From assembly GCA_964534375.1 (NCBI GenBank), contig CAZHPN010000058.1:1-31828 (forward strand): a stretch of 31,828 bases of DNA. Direction: 5' to 3'. This stretch comes from an uncultured bacterium. GTDB taxonomy: Bacteria > Lernaellota > Lernaellaia > Lernaellales > Lernaellaceae. Within the stretch, counting starts at the first letter, position 1; the number at the start of each line of letters is the position of its first letter. The notes under the pieces were generated by a model that worked only from the letters and a program-made list of their open reading frames with translations, was not told the DNA's origin and did not search any database. This document shows positions 1-9,221 of the stretch, piece by piece. Position numbers and translations under genes: made by a program.

Positions 1-8
1 CGTTGACC

Positions 9-49
9 GCGGCCGAAGGCCGCCATTTGGTTGCGGCCCGAAGGGCCGC
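9..49. repeat. Pair of GC-rich GAA-triloop hairpins (REP/MITE-end-like)
   Basis: GCGGCC-GAA-GGCCGC (9-23) and GCGGCCC-GAA-GGGCCGC (33-49) are perfect stems in intergenic DNA. Confidence 0.6.
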
Positions 50-54
50 GCTAA

Positions 55-66
55 GGCTCTGTGGTT
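55..66. repeat. Remnant right arm of the CACAGAG/CTCTGTG palindromic repeat
   Basis: GGCTCTGTGGTT is identical to 21864-21875. Confidence 0.45.
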
Positions 67-88
67 TAGTTAACCTGCTGGTCGCTTC

Positions 89-1561
89 ATGAGCCTCGCG
101 CGCAAGGCCGCCGGCGCGGCGTTCTGGGTCGGCCTGACCACCTACGTCAGCCAAATCGTCGGCTTTCTGGCCAACATCGCGCTGATGCGTCTGATCGCGC
201 CCGAGGCGTTCGGCGTGCTGTCGCTGGCGATGACGATCGTTATCTTCGGCCGCAAGGTCATCGGCTTCGGCTTCAACTACGCCCTGATTCACCGGCAGGA
301 AGAGCTGCCCAACGCCGTCGGCGCGCACCTGACGCTCAACGCGGCGAGCGCGATCCTGATCTTCGGCGCCTCGCTCGTCGCGACGCCGATCGTCGGCCAC
401 TTTTACGACCGGCTGACCGCGCTGGTGCTTGTGGGCGTGGCGCTCGAGGCCGCGTTCGAATACGCCGGCTACACGCCGCGCCTGCTGCTGGAAAAAGAAG
501 TCAATTTCCGCGGCTTGATGCTGGTCAACCTCGGCGTGACGATCGGCGTCAACCTGCTCGCGGTCGGCCTCGCGTGGGGCTGGCCGCACGTGTGGTTCCT
601 GCGCGGGCTGCCGATCGTCTGGGCGCTCGTGGTTCGCCTCGCGCTCTCGCAACTCGCCACGACCGTCGGCTACTGGTGGCTGAACCGGCGAATTCCGCTC
701 GCCCGCCCGAGCCTGGCGATGCTGCGCTGGTTTTTCCAATTCGGCGCGCCGCTGTGGATTTCGGGCGTCGCGAGCTTCGCCGTCTACCAATGGGACAACT
801 GGCTGGTCGGCACGATCATCGACGAAAAGGCGCTCGGCTTTTACGACCGCGCCTACCAACTGGCGCTGCTGCCGACGACGATGGTCACCGGCATCGTGGC
901 GCGCGTCGCCTTCCCGTTGTACAGCCAGTTGCAGCGCGACCGCGAGCGGCTGTCGGAGGCCTTCGCGACCGTCGTGCGGCTGATCGTGCTGCTGTCGGCG
1001 CCGGCGGCGGTGGGGCTGGCGTTTTGCGCGCCGGAGTTCGTGTCGGTGGTCTTCGGCGCCAAATGGGCCCCGATGGCGACGCTGCTGCGCCTGCTGCTGC
1101 TCTACCAGGTGATGCGGCCGCTGTTCGACGACGCGGGCGAGCTTTTCGCCGCGGTCGGCCAGCCGCGCCTGATCAGCCGCATCCAGCTCTGGCAAACCGG
1201 GGTGATGGCGCTGCTGACGCCGGCCGCGGTGTACTCTTACAAAGCCGAGGGCGCGGCGGTCGCGGTGGGCGTCGTGATGCTCGTCGGGGTTGTGCTGGCC
1301 TACCGCAACATCCGCCCCTTTGTTACAATGAACGTTTGGAGGGTGATCGTCCTGCCGATCGGTTTATGCCTGGCAGCGGCGGGTCCCGCGGAGTGGGCGC
1401 TCGGCCGTTTGCCGCCCGCGGCGCCGGCGGCGCTGCTTTTCGAGAAAATCGGCCTCTACGCCGTCTCGACCGCGGCGTTGGTCGGCGCGACGCAAGGCCG
1501 CCAATTGTGGCGGGAATTCAAGATCGTACGGGTGCGTTTGCAGAAACGGGAAGCGAAGTGA
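89..1561 (+). CDS. wzx: Polysaccharide flippase (Wzx/WzxC-like, PST family)
   Basis: 490 aa with many TM segments. It has typical PST motifs (RLIAPEAFG, GFNYALIH, LGFYDRAYQLA, VAFPLYSQLQ, VFGAKW). Confidence 0.88.
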   Translation: MSLARKAAGAAFWVGLTTYVSQIVGFLANIALMRLIAPEAFGVLSLAMTIVIFGRKVIGFGFNYALIHRQEELPNAVGAHLTLNAASAILIFGASLVATPIVGHFYDRLTALVLVGVALEAAFEYAGYTPRLLLEKEVNFRGLMLVNLGVTIGVNLLAVGLAWGWPHVWFLRGLPIVWALVVRLALSQLATTVGYWWLNRRIPLARPSLAMLRWFFQFGAPLWISGVASFAVYQWDNWLVGTIIDEKALGFYDRAYQLALLPTTMVTGIVARVAFPLYSQLQRDRERLSEAFATVVRLIVLLSAPAAVGLAFCAPEFVSVVFGAKWAPMATLLRLLLLYQVMRPLFDDAGELFAAVGQPRLISRIQLWQTGVMALLTPAAVYSYKAEGAAVAVGVVMLVGVVLAYRNIRPFVTMNVWRVIVLPIGLCLAAAGPAEWALGRLPPAAPAALLFEKIGLYAVSTAALVGATQGRQLWREFKIVRVRLQKREAK

Positions 1562-2148
1562 AGACGTTGGATTTGGGTTGCGGCGGCGCGAAGACGCCCG
1601 GGGCGTTCGGGGTCGACGTGCATCCGCTGCCGGGGGTCGATCTGGTGCACAACCTGGACGACCGCCCGTGGCCGCTGCCGGCCGGCGAATTCGACCGCAT
1701 CGTCGCCAGCCACGTCATCGAGCACGTCGCCGACCCGGTGGCGTTTATGAACGAGGCGCATCGCGTGGCCCGGCCCGGCGCGACGGTCGAGATCGTCACG
1801 CCGCACTTCTCGAACCGCTGCGCCTTCGCCGACCCGACGCACCGCCGCGCCCTTTCGGTGCGCGCCTTCGACTTCTTCACGGGCTCGCCGCCGCACACGC
1901 CCGGCCGGCTGGCGGTCGGCTTCAATTACCTGTTCCAGCACCGCTTCGCCTACGAGCGGCTGCCCGGCGCCGCGCCGTATCGGCTCGTCGGCTGGGAACT
2001 GACGTTCAGCCGCGCCTTTCGGCTCTGCGGCGTCGCCTGGTTCGCGAACCGGTTCCTCGACTTCTACGAATTCTACCTGGCGTGGCGGCTGCCGGCCCGC
2101 GACATCCGCCTGACGCTGCAGGTCGATAAGGATACGCCATGGACCTGA
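1558..2148 (+). CDS. Class I SAM-dependent methyltransferase (glycan-cluster type)
   Basis: GTG start overlaps the wzx stop (GTGA); 196 aa. Contains motif I LDLGCG, SHVIEH and DPTH. Confidence 0.8.
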   Translation: MKTLDLGCGGAKTPGAFGVDVHPLPGVDLVHNLDDRPWPLPAGEFDRIVASHVIEHVADPVAFMNEAHRVARPGATVEIVTPHFSNRCAFADPTHRRALSVRAFDFFTGSPPHTPGRLAVGFNYLFQHRFAYERLPGAAPYRLVGWELTFSRAFRLCGVAWFANRFLDFYEFYLAWRLPARDIRLTLQVDKDTPWT

Positions 2149-3173
2149 CGCGCTTCGGCGACAAGGTCGTCTTTTTTTCCGACACCGTCGGCGGCGGCGC
2201 CGCGGCGCTCGTGCGGCGCGTGCAAAGCGCGTTCGACCGCGAGCCCACGCGCCTCTACGACGACGTGCGCCGCAAGCTGCACCGCCGTTTCCGGCCGCAT
2301 CGGCCGCTGGCGTTTCCGCAGGCGGTGCACATCGAAGTGACCAACGCCTGCAATTTGCGGTGCGTGATGTGCCCGCGCGAGGGGATGCAGCGGCCGGTGG
2401 GCCAGATGGACCGCCGGCTGTTCGGCCGCCTGATCGACGAGCTCGCCGAGCACCGGCGCGAGGTCGAGTCCGTCGCGCTGATGGGCCTGGGCGAGCCGTT
2501 CTTGCACAAGGAACTGCTCGATTTCGCGCGCCTCGCGAAAGAGCGCGGCCTCGCGCGCCTTTACACCAGCAGCAACGCGACGCTGCTGGACGAACGCCGC
2601 GGCGAGGATCTGCTCGCCGCCGACGCCTTCGACCAACTGATTCTTTCGATCGACGGCGGCAAGAAAATCTACGAATCGTTGCGGCCCGGCGCCCGCTACG
2701 AGACGGTCGCGGGAAATATCCGCAATCTGTTGGCCGCGAAACGCCGCCGCGGCGTCAGCCGGCCGGCCATCGATCTGCAGATCCTGTTGATGAACGAGAC
2801 GGAAAACGAAATCGAAAGCTTCTGCGAGCACTGGGTTCCGCTGCTCGGCCCGGGCGATCGCATCCTGGTCAAGGAAGTCGACACCTTCGCCGGCCAGGTG
2901 CCCGACCGCCGCACCGCCGCCCACCGCAGCCGCCAGCCGGCCGTGCGCATCCCCTGCCGCCAGCTTTGGAAGGATATTTCGATCAGTTGGGACGGCCGCG
3001 TCACGGTCTGCTGCAAAGACGTGCTCTACAAACTCGCCCTGGGCGACGCCAACCAGGAATCGCTCGCCGACCTGTGGCGTTCGGCGCGGTGGAACGCCAT
3101 CCGGCGCCTGCACCTCGAAAAATCCTGGAACGCGCTGGACCCCTGCCGCACCTGTTCGGAGTGGTGGATTTGA
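2139..3173 (+). CDS. Radical SAM protein with C-terminal SPASM/twitch domain
   Basis: CNLRCVMC (CX3CX2C), GLGEPFL and SIDG motifs. The C-terminal CRQLW...WDGRVTVCC...CRTC supplies auxiliary-cluster cysteines. Confidence 0.9.
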   Translation: MDLTRFGDKVVFFSDTVGGGAAALVRRVQSAFDREPTRLYDDVRRKLHRRFRPHRPLAFPQAVHIEVTNACNLRCVMCPREGMQRPVGQMDRRLFGRLIDELAEHRREVESVALMGLGEPFLHKELLDFARLAKERGLARLYTSSNATLLDERRGEDLLAADAFDQLILSIDGGKKIYESLRPGARYETVAGNIRNLLAAKRRRGVSRPAIDLQILLMNETENEIESFCEHWVPLLGPGDRILVKEVDTFAGQVPDRRTAAHRSRQPAVRIPCRQLWKDISISWDGRVTVCCKDVLYKLALGDANQESLADLWRSARWNAIRRLHLEKSWNALDPCRTCSEWWI

Positions 3174-4384
3174 GTCCGCGAATTCTGCACGTCACCGACT
3201 CGTTCCCGCCCGAGCAGGGCGGCGTCGAGCGGGTGATCGACGCGCTCGCCGCCGACCAGGCGCGGCGCGGCTGGCGCCCGAACGTGCTGACCAAGGCCAC
3301 CGGCGACGCGCCGGCCTTCGAGACGCGGCCCGATGGCGTGACCGTCATGCGATATCCCTATTCGCCGCGGCCGACGCCGCTCGCCTATCTCACGACGTGG
3401 CGCGCCACGCGGCGGCTGGCCGCGGGCCTGCGCCGCTGCGCGCCGCCCGATCTGATCCATTATCACCTGACGCTCGCCGCGCAGGGGCCGCTCGGTTTGT
3501 TCGGCGACAGCCTGCCGTCGGTCTACAGCTTTTACGGGCCGTGGCACGCCGAATTTACCATCGAGGCCGATCCGCTGCTGCGGCAAAGCGGGCCGGCCTA
3601 TCGCGCCTATCTGCAGGCGCAGATCGCGGTGCAGCGGCGCTGCCAGGCGCGGCTGATGCGCCGCGTGCGCCGCGTCGTGGTCCTGTCGGAATTCAGCCGC
3701 GGCTGGGTCGCGCGGCTGGCGCCCGAGCGGGCGGCGGGGGCCGTGCGCATCCCGGGCGGCATCGACCCCGAGCGTTGCCGCCCCGGCGACGCGAACCGCG
3801 AGCGGCGGCGGGCGTGGGGCGCGCCCGACGACGCGTTCCTGCTCGTGTCCGTGCGCCGGCTGGTGCGCCGCATGGGGCTGGATATGCTGCTCGAGGCCGT
3901 GGCGCGGCTGCGGGCGAACGGGGCGAAGATCTTTACGCTGATCGCCGGGCAAGGGGCGTTGCGCGCCGAACTCGAAGCGCACGCGGCGGAACTGGGCCTC
4001 GCCGACTCGACGCGTTTTCTCGGATTCGTGCCGGACGCCGAGCTGCCGGAGCTTTATCACGCGGCCGACTTGTTCGTCACGCCGTCGCGCGCCGAGGAAA
4101 ATTTCGGCCTGATCGTGCTCGAGGCCGCGGCGTGCGGCGCGCCCGTGGCGGCGACGCCCTCCGGCTCGCTGCCGGAATTGCTGGCGGCGACCGATCCGCG
4201 CTATCTCGCGGCGGACATCACCGCCGCGGCGCTGGCCGAGGCGATCGCCCGGGCGATGGCCGACGGGCCGGCCGCGCGCGAACATTGGCGCTCGGTCGTT
4301 TCGCCGAAGGTGCGCGCCGAGTTTTCCTGGGCGGCGATGGCCGACCGCCTGACGGCGCTCTACGGCGATTTGGGAGTGCGCTGA
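3170..4384 (+). CDS. Glycosyltransferase family 4
   Basis: TTG start in a TTGA overlap; 404 aa. RILHVTDSFPPEQGGVER, VRRLVRRMG and ENFGLIVLEA (EX7E). Confidence 0.88.
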   Translation: MSPRILHVTDSFPPEQGGVERVIDALAADQARRGWRPNVLTKATGDAPAFETRPDGVTVMRYPYSPRPTPLAYLTTWRATRRLAAGLRRCAPPDLIHYHLTLAAQGPLGLFGDSLPSVYSFYGPWHAEFTIEADPLLRQSGPAYRAYLQAQIAVQRRCQARLMRRVRRVVVLSEFSRGWVARLAPERAAGAVRIPGGIDPERCRPGDANRERRRAWGAPDDAFLLVSVRRLVRRMGLDMLLEAVARLRANGAKIFTLIAGQGALRAELEAHAAELGLADSTRFLGFVPDAELPELYHAADLFVTPSRAEENFGLIVLEAAACGAPVAATPSGSLPELLAATDPRYLAADITAAALAEAIARAMADGPAAREHWRSVVSPKVRAEFSWAAMADRLTALYGDLGVR

Positions 4385-5490
4385 TGCGCGTCGCGGTCAT
4401 CGGCCATACGTATATCGTCGATGCGAACCGCGGCAAATTGCGATTTTTGGCGCCGCGCGGCCACCACGTGCTGCTGCTGACCCCGCGCGAATGGCTCGAG
4501 AAAGACTTCGGCCTGCGCCGCTTCGAGCCGCCGTCGGACCTCGACTTCGCCGCGTTCGATTGCGCCGGCCACGGCCACGTGCGGCGCTACCGGTATCCGT
4601 GCGGCGATCTGCTGCACGCCACCCGCGGCTGGCGGCCCGATGCGATTCTAGCCGAAACCGAGCCCGGCGGCCTGGCGGCGCTGCAGGCGGCGTGGTTGGC
4701 GACGCGGGTGGGCGCGCCGTTGTTGCCATTCGCGTGGGAAAACCTGCCGCTGGCCGGCGCCGCGCGGGCGCTGGCGCGGCCCGTCTATTGTGCGGCGCGG
4801 CGGCTGCTCGCCGGCTCGGCCGGCGCGGCGGCGGTCGCGCGGCGCGCCGGCTGCGCGCGGCCGATCACCGTGATTCCGCAGGTCGGCGTCGATCCGGCCG
4901 CGGTCCCGCCCCGCGCGCCGCGGCGCGGCGGGCCGGCGGCGCTGTTCGTCGGCCGCCTCGATCGCAAGAAGGGCGCCGACCTGCTGCTGGACGCGCTGGC
5001 GCTGGCGCCCGCATGGCGCGCGACGCTCGTCGGCGACGGCGGCGAACGCGCGGCGCTGACCGCGCAGGCTGCGCGGCTGGGCCTCGCCGAGCGCGTAGTC
5101 TTCGCCGGGGCCGTGCCGCATAGCGCCATTCCCGGGTTTTTCGCAGGGGCCGATGCGTTCGTGCTGCCGAGCCGCAGCGTGCCGGGCTGGACCGAACAAT
5201 TCGGGCACGTGCTCGCTTGGGCGATGGCGGCCGGAACGCCGATCGTCGGCAGCACGTGCGGGGCAATCCCCGAGGTCGCCGGCGATGCCGGGTTGATCGT
5301 GCCCGAGAACGACGCCCCGGCCCTCGCCGAGGCCTTGCGGCGTCTGGCCCACGGCGCGCTGGCGCAAACGCTGGGCGGCCGCGGGCGCGCGCGCGCCGCG
5401 GCCCTGTACACCGACGAAGCCGTGGCGCGGCGCCTCGAACGGGCGCTGGTCATGGCGGTGGAGCGCGACGATGCCGACGTCCTCGTTTGA
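4384..5490 (+). CDS. Glycosyltransferase family 4
   Basis: ATG in a TGATG overlap; 368 aa. FVGRLDRKKG, VLPSRS and EQFGHVLAWAMAAG. Confidence 0.85.
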   Translation: MRVAVIGHTYIVDANRGKLRFLAPRGHHVLLLTPREWLEKDFGLRRFEPPSDLDFAAFDCAGHGHVRRYRYPCGDLLHATRGWRPDAILAETEPGGLAALQAAWLATRVGAPLLPFAWENLPLAGAARALARPVYCAARRLLAGSAGAAAVARRAGCARPITVIPQVGVDPAAVPPRAPRRGGPAALFVGRLDRKKGADLLLDALALAPAWRATLVGDGGERAALTAQAARLGLAERVVFAGAVPHSAIPGFFAGADAFVLPSRSVPGWTEQFGHVLAWAMAAGTPIVGSTCGAIPEVAGDAGLIVPENDAPALAEALRRLAHGALAQTLGGRGRARAAALYTDEAVARRLERALVMAVERDDADVLV

Positions 5491-6991
5491 CGATTTCGTC
5501 CGGCGCGTCGCCTCGCACCGCAACACGGCGGAGGTGGCCGGCGGCATGGCCGCGATCGCCGTGGGCTGGCTGGTGGGCAAGAGCATCGCCGGCGGCAAGT
5601 ACGGCTTCGTGGGGATGTTGCTCGGTTTTCTCGCGTTCTTCCTGATCTATTTTCGGCCGCGGTCGATGATCCTGCTGTTTCCGTTCGTGATCTCGATGCC
5701 GAATCTCAGTCTGGGCAACCCGGGGCCGATGGCCGTCAGCGTGCAGGACGCGTTTTGGGTGGTCGCTTTCACCGGCTACGTGTCGCGCCAGATCGTCGGC
5801 CGGAAATTCATCATCCCCCGCAACGACAACGTGATCGCCCCGCTGTGGGGGTTCCTGGCGATCGCCATTATCTGCATTTATAAGGTGATGATCCTCAAAG
5901 CGAACCTGCTGGTCTTCAACACCAAGGAACTGATGCGGCTGACAATGTTTTCGTTCACGTACATCGTCATGCTCGACGTGTTGAACAGCAAAAAGCAAAT
6001 CATGCGGCTGACCTGGTGGATCCTGATCTGGGGCATCTGGATGATGGCGATCAGCTATTATTCCTATTTCACCGTGTCCGATTTCTGGTACGACCTGCTG
6101 GTGATGAAGCCGGCGTACATCTTCATGCGCCACAAGTTTCTGCGAATGATCAGCATCGCCGGTTCGACCAGTTGGACGGGCATTTATTACGCCATCCTCG
6201 TCGCCCTGGGCATTCAGTTCGCGCCGTTCTTCAAGACGCGCGAGCGGCGAGTCTGGGCGATCGTTTACATCATCGCCATGGCCGGCTGCATCTTGCTGAC
6301 GTTTAACCGCGGCACCTGGGTCGGCATGCTCGCCGGCGGCGTCGTGCTGCTGCTGCAAGGCCACATCGATCGGCGGCGGGTGGCCGGCGCCGTGATTCTG
6401 CTCCTCGGGCTGGCGGTGCTGGTGAGCACGTCGATTTTCACGCCGGACGCCGTCGGCCAGCAGGTCACCGATTTCGTGCATTACTCGCGGGGCAGCGCCG
6501 AATCGCGCGTGACGCGGTGGGTCAGCGCCGTCAACGCCGTGATCGATCAGCCGTTGTTGGGGGTCGGCTTCAACAACTTCGCCTTCCTGCTCGGACACTA
6601 CTCCGACGAATCGGGCGTCAACGCCGAGCGCTACGGCAGCCCGCACAACATGTTTGTCGATATCCTCACCGGCACCGGCCTGATCGGCTTTTCGGTGTTC
6701 ATGCTGATGATCATCCGGCTGCACCGGCAGATGAAGGACAACATGGACGGGGTCCTGCCGCCCGATTTGAAGCTGCTGTCGCGCGGGCTCTACCTTTCAT
6801 ATATTTTTTTCCTGGGCGCCAGTATGTTCGATTCGTTCATCTTCAAGCTGCATCACACTTCCTATTTGATCGCGGCGACGTGGGCGATGACGTCGGCCAT
6901 TCGCCGCTTGCGCCTGGGTCTCGTGCAAGATCCGGAAATGGCCGAATTCGCCGCCCAGAACGCGACGGCCGCCGCCGAGAAGAAAACGTGA
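5471..6991 (+). CDS. O-antigen ligase / Wzy-like polymerase membrane protein
   Basis: 506 aa polytopic protein with LLTFNRGTW, SRVTRW, PLLGVGFNNF and SPHNMFVDIL motifs of the Wzy_C/WaaL family. Confidence 0.85.
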   Translation: MPTSSFDDFVRRVASHRNTAEVAGGMAAIAVGWLVGKSIAGGKYGFVGMLLGFLAFFLIYFRPRSMILLFPFVISMPNLSLGNPGPMAVSVQDAFWVVAFTGYVSRQIVGRKFIIPRNDNVIAPLWGFLAIAIICIYKVMILKANLLVFNTKELMRLTMFSFTYIVMLDVLNSKKQIMRLTWWILIWGIWMMAISYYSYFTVSDFWYDLLVMKPAYIFMRHKFLRMISIAGSTSWTGIYYAILVALGIQFAPFFKTRERRVWAIVYIIAMAGCILLTFNRGTWVGMLAGGVVLLLQGHIDRRRVAGAVILLLGLAVLVSTSIFTPDAVGQQVTDFVHYSRGSAESRVTRWVSAVNAVIDQPLLGVGFNNFAFLLGHYSDESGVNAERYGSPHNMFVDILTGTGLIGFSVFMLMIIRLHRQMKDNMDGVLPPDLKLLSRGLYLSYIFFLGASMFDSFIFKLHHTSYLIAATWAMTSAIRRLRLGLVQDPEMAEFAAQNATAAAEKKT

Positions 6992-8073
6992 ACGGCGCCT
7001 ATCGGCTCATCGCGCTGGCGGGCGCGCCGGGCGCCGCGGAGCGGCGCCGCCGGGCGGCGGAATTCCGGCGCGACGCCGTCCGCCGGATTTGGGTGCACAA
7101 ACCCGATCACCTGGGCGACGCCCTGCTGGCGCGGCCGGCGCTGGCGATGCTCCGCGCCGGTTTCCCCGACGCCGAAATCGTTTTCGCGTGCAGTCCGCTG
7201 GCGGCGCCGCTGCTCGCCGGCGACTTCCACGGCGCCGAGATCGTCGCGTGGGACAGCCGCTTCCTCGGCGGGGACGACCGCATCATATCATATTTGCGCC
7301 GCGCGCGCCGTTGGGCGCCCGATCTGGTCGTCAACCTGCGGCACGACGTGCGCGATATCCTGCTCTGCACCGCGTTCGGCGGTCGCTGGCTCGCGAGCTA
7401 CGACCATCGCGGGGCCGCGGTCTTCGCGACGTTCCCCGGCGCGCCGCCGCGGAACGACCGGCCGGAAAGCGCCAACCACACGGCGCTGCTCACGGAGACG
7501 CTGGGCCTCGACCCGGCGCCGGCGCCGTCGCTGACCCCGCCGCCCGCGGCGCAGGCCGCCGCCGCGGCGTGGGACGAACTGCGCGGCGCAGGCCCGCGCG
7601 TCGCGCTGCACGCCGCCGCGCGCACGCCGGCGAAAACGTGGCCCGTTGCCCAATGGCGGGGCCTGACTAGAATGTTGGCCGGCGCGGGCGTCCGCCGCCT
7701 GGCGCTGCTGGGCGCGGCGGGCGACCGCGCGCTCGGGGCGCAGATCGCACAGGACAACGCGCCGGTCGTCGACTGGTCGGGCCGCTTTTCGGTCGCGGAA
7801 ACGGCGGCGGCGGTCGCCGCGGCCGACTTGCTGATCGGCGTCGATTCCGGGCTCGGCCACCTGGCGCGCGCGCTGGGCGTGCCGGTCGTTTCGCTGATGA
7901 GCGGCACGAACGAAACGCTGCGCTGGGCGCCCGATCCGGCGTGGGCGCTGACCGAGCCGGTCGCTTGCGCGCCGTGCCATTTGCATCGCTGCCCGGTCGG
8001 CGGCCATCCCTGCCTGCGCGGGATCGCGCCCGAACGGGCGTTCGCCGCGGCGCGCGAGGTATTGCGGTTTTGA
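6988..8073 (+). CDS. Glycosyltransferase family 9 (heptosyltransferase-like)
   Basis: GTG start (GTGA overlap); 361 aa. KPDHLGDALL, KTWP, DSGLGHLA and C-terminal CAPCHLHRCPVGGHPCL. Confidence 0.85.
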   Translation: MNGAYRLIALAGAPGAAERRRRAAEFRRDAVRRIWVHKPDHLGDALLARPALAMLRAGFPDAEIVFACSPLAAPLLAGDFHGAEIVAWDSRFLGGDDRIISYLRRARRWAPDLVVNLRHDVRDILLCTAFGGRWLASYDHRGAAVFATFPGAPPRNDRPESANHTALLTETLGLDPAPAPSLTPPPAAQAAAAAWDELRGAGPRVALHAAARTPAKTWPVAQWRGLTRMLAGAGVRRLALLGAAGDRALGAQIAQDNAPVVDWSGRFSVAETAAAVAAADLLIGVDSGLGHLARALGVPVVSLMSGTNETLRWAPDPAWALTEPVACAPCHLHRCPVGGHPCLRGIAPERAFAAAREVLRF

Positions 8074-9221
8074 AGCACTTCTTGATCGACGCCACGGCCT
8101 GCGCGCCGCAAAACCCGACCGGCGTCGGCCGGCTCGTGCAGCAAGTCGCCGGCCGCCTGTTCGATCGCGACAGCGAGAACGATTACCTGGCGTTCGGCTT
8201 CGCGCGCGAGATCTGGCCGCCGGCGCGGCTGCCGCCGCACGCGGTCTACCGGCGAATCAAACCCTGGACGGCGCTCGGGCCGCTGGCGATGGAGGCGTCG
8301 CGCCGGGCGTTTGTCGCCTGGCGCGTTGCGCGCTGGAAAACCGATCTGCTCTGGTGCCCGCTCGATATGACGCCGCTGTACGACGAACGCACGCGCGTGC
8401 TCTATTCGCTGCACGATCTGGCGCGCCTGACGCCGGAACATCACCACGGCGCCGCGCCGGGTCTGCGCGACCGGCTGCGCACGACGCTGCGCTATCGGCT
8501 GGCCCGGCGGGCGGACCTGCTGCACACGATCAGTAATTTTAGCGCCGAGGAAATCGCCGCGCGTCTGGGCATCGACCGCGGGAAGATCCGCGTCATTTAT
8601 CCGGGCGCCGATCCGCTGTTCACAGCCGGCGAACCGGAGGCGGCGGTCCTCGCCCGGTTCGAGCTGACGGCCGGCAAATATTTTCTCTTCGTCGGCCAAT
8701 TGGGTCGCCAGAAAAATGAGGACGGGCTGATCGAGGCGTTCCTTGCGGCGCAACGGGACAACGGCCTCGCCGACGACGTGCGCCTCGCGCTGGTCGGCGA
8801 CGCGGCGGCGATGCGCTTCGGCACGCGCCGGCAGTTGCAGGGCGAAGCCGGCCGGCGCGGCGTCACGCTGCTCGGGCGCGTCGCGGATGCCGACCTCTTG
8901 CAGCTTTATCGCGGGGCGATCGCCGTGACGCTGCCCAGTTTTCACGAAGGCTTCGGTCTGCCGGTCGTCGAGGCGATGGCTTGCGGCGCGCCGTCGATCG
9001 TCAGCGACGCCACGAGTTTGCCGGAGGTCGCGGGCGACGCCGGCCTGATCGTCCCCGCCGGCCGCGCCGCCGAATTGGCCGCGGCCCTGGCGCGCCTGGC
9101 TGGCGACGCGGCGCTCCGCGCGCGGCTGGCCGAGCGGGCCGGCGAGCGGGCGAAGCTGTTCACCTTCGAGCGCATGGCGGCCGAGATGCACCGCCTGTTT
9201 TGCGAGATGACCGATGGCTGA
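8070..9221 (+). CDS. Glycosyltransferase family 4 (mannosyltransferase-like)
   Basis: TTG start (TTGA overlap); 383 aa. TGVGR, SLHDL and PSFHEGFGLPVVEAMACG. Confidence 0.88.
   Translation: MKHFLIDATACAPQNPTGVGRLVQQVAGRLFDRDSENDYLAFGFAREIWPPARLPPHAVYRRIKPWTALGPLAMEASRRAFVAWRVARWKTDLLWCPLDMTPLYDERTRVLYSLHDLARLTPEHHHGAAPGLRDRLRTTLRYRLARRADLLHTISNFSAEEIAARLGIDRGKIRVIYPGADPLFTAGEPEAAVLARFELTAGKYFLFVGQLGRQKNEDGLIEAFLAAQRDNGLADDVRLALVGDAAAMRFGTRRQLQGEAGRRGVTLLGRVADADLLQLYRGAIAVTLPSFHEGFGLPVVEAMACGAPSIVSDATSLPEVAGDAGLIVPAGRAAELAAALARLAGDAALRARLAERAGERAKLFTFERMAAEMHRLFCEMTDG

Noticed and set aside
5471..6991. Lower GC of the Wzy/WaaL gene as a sign of horizontal transfer
   Set aside because: Third positions remain mostly G/C. 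The dip is explained by the Phe/Ile/Tyr/Met-rich membrane composition.
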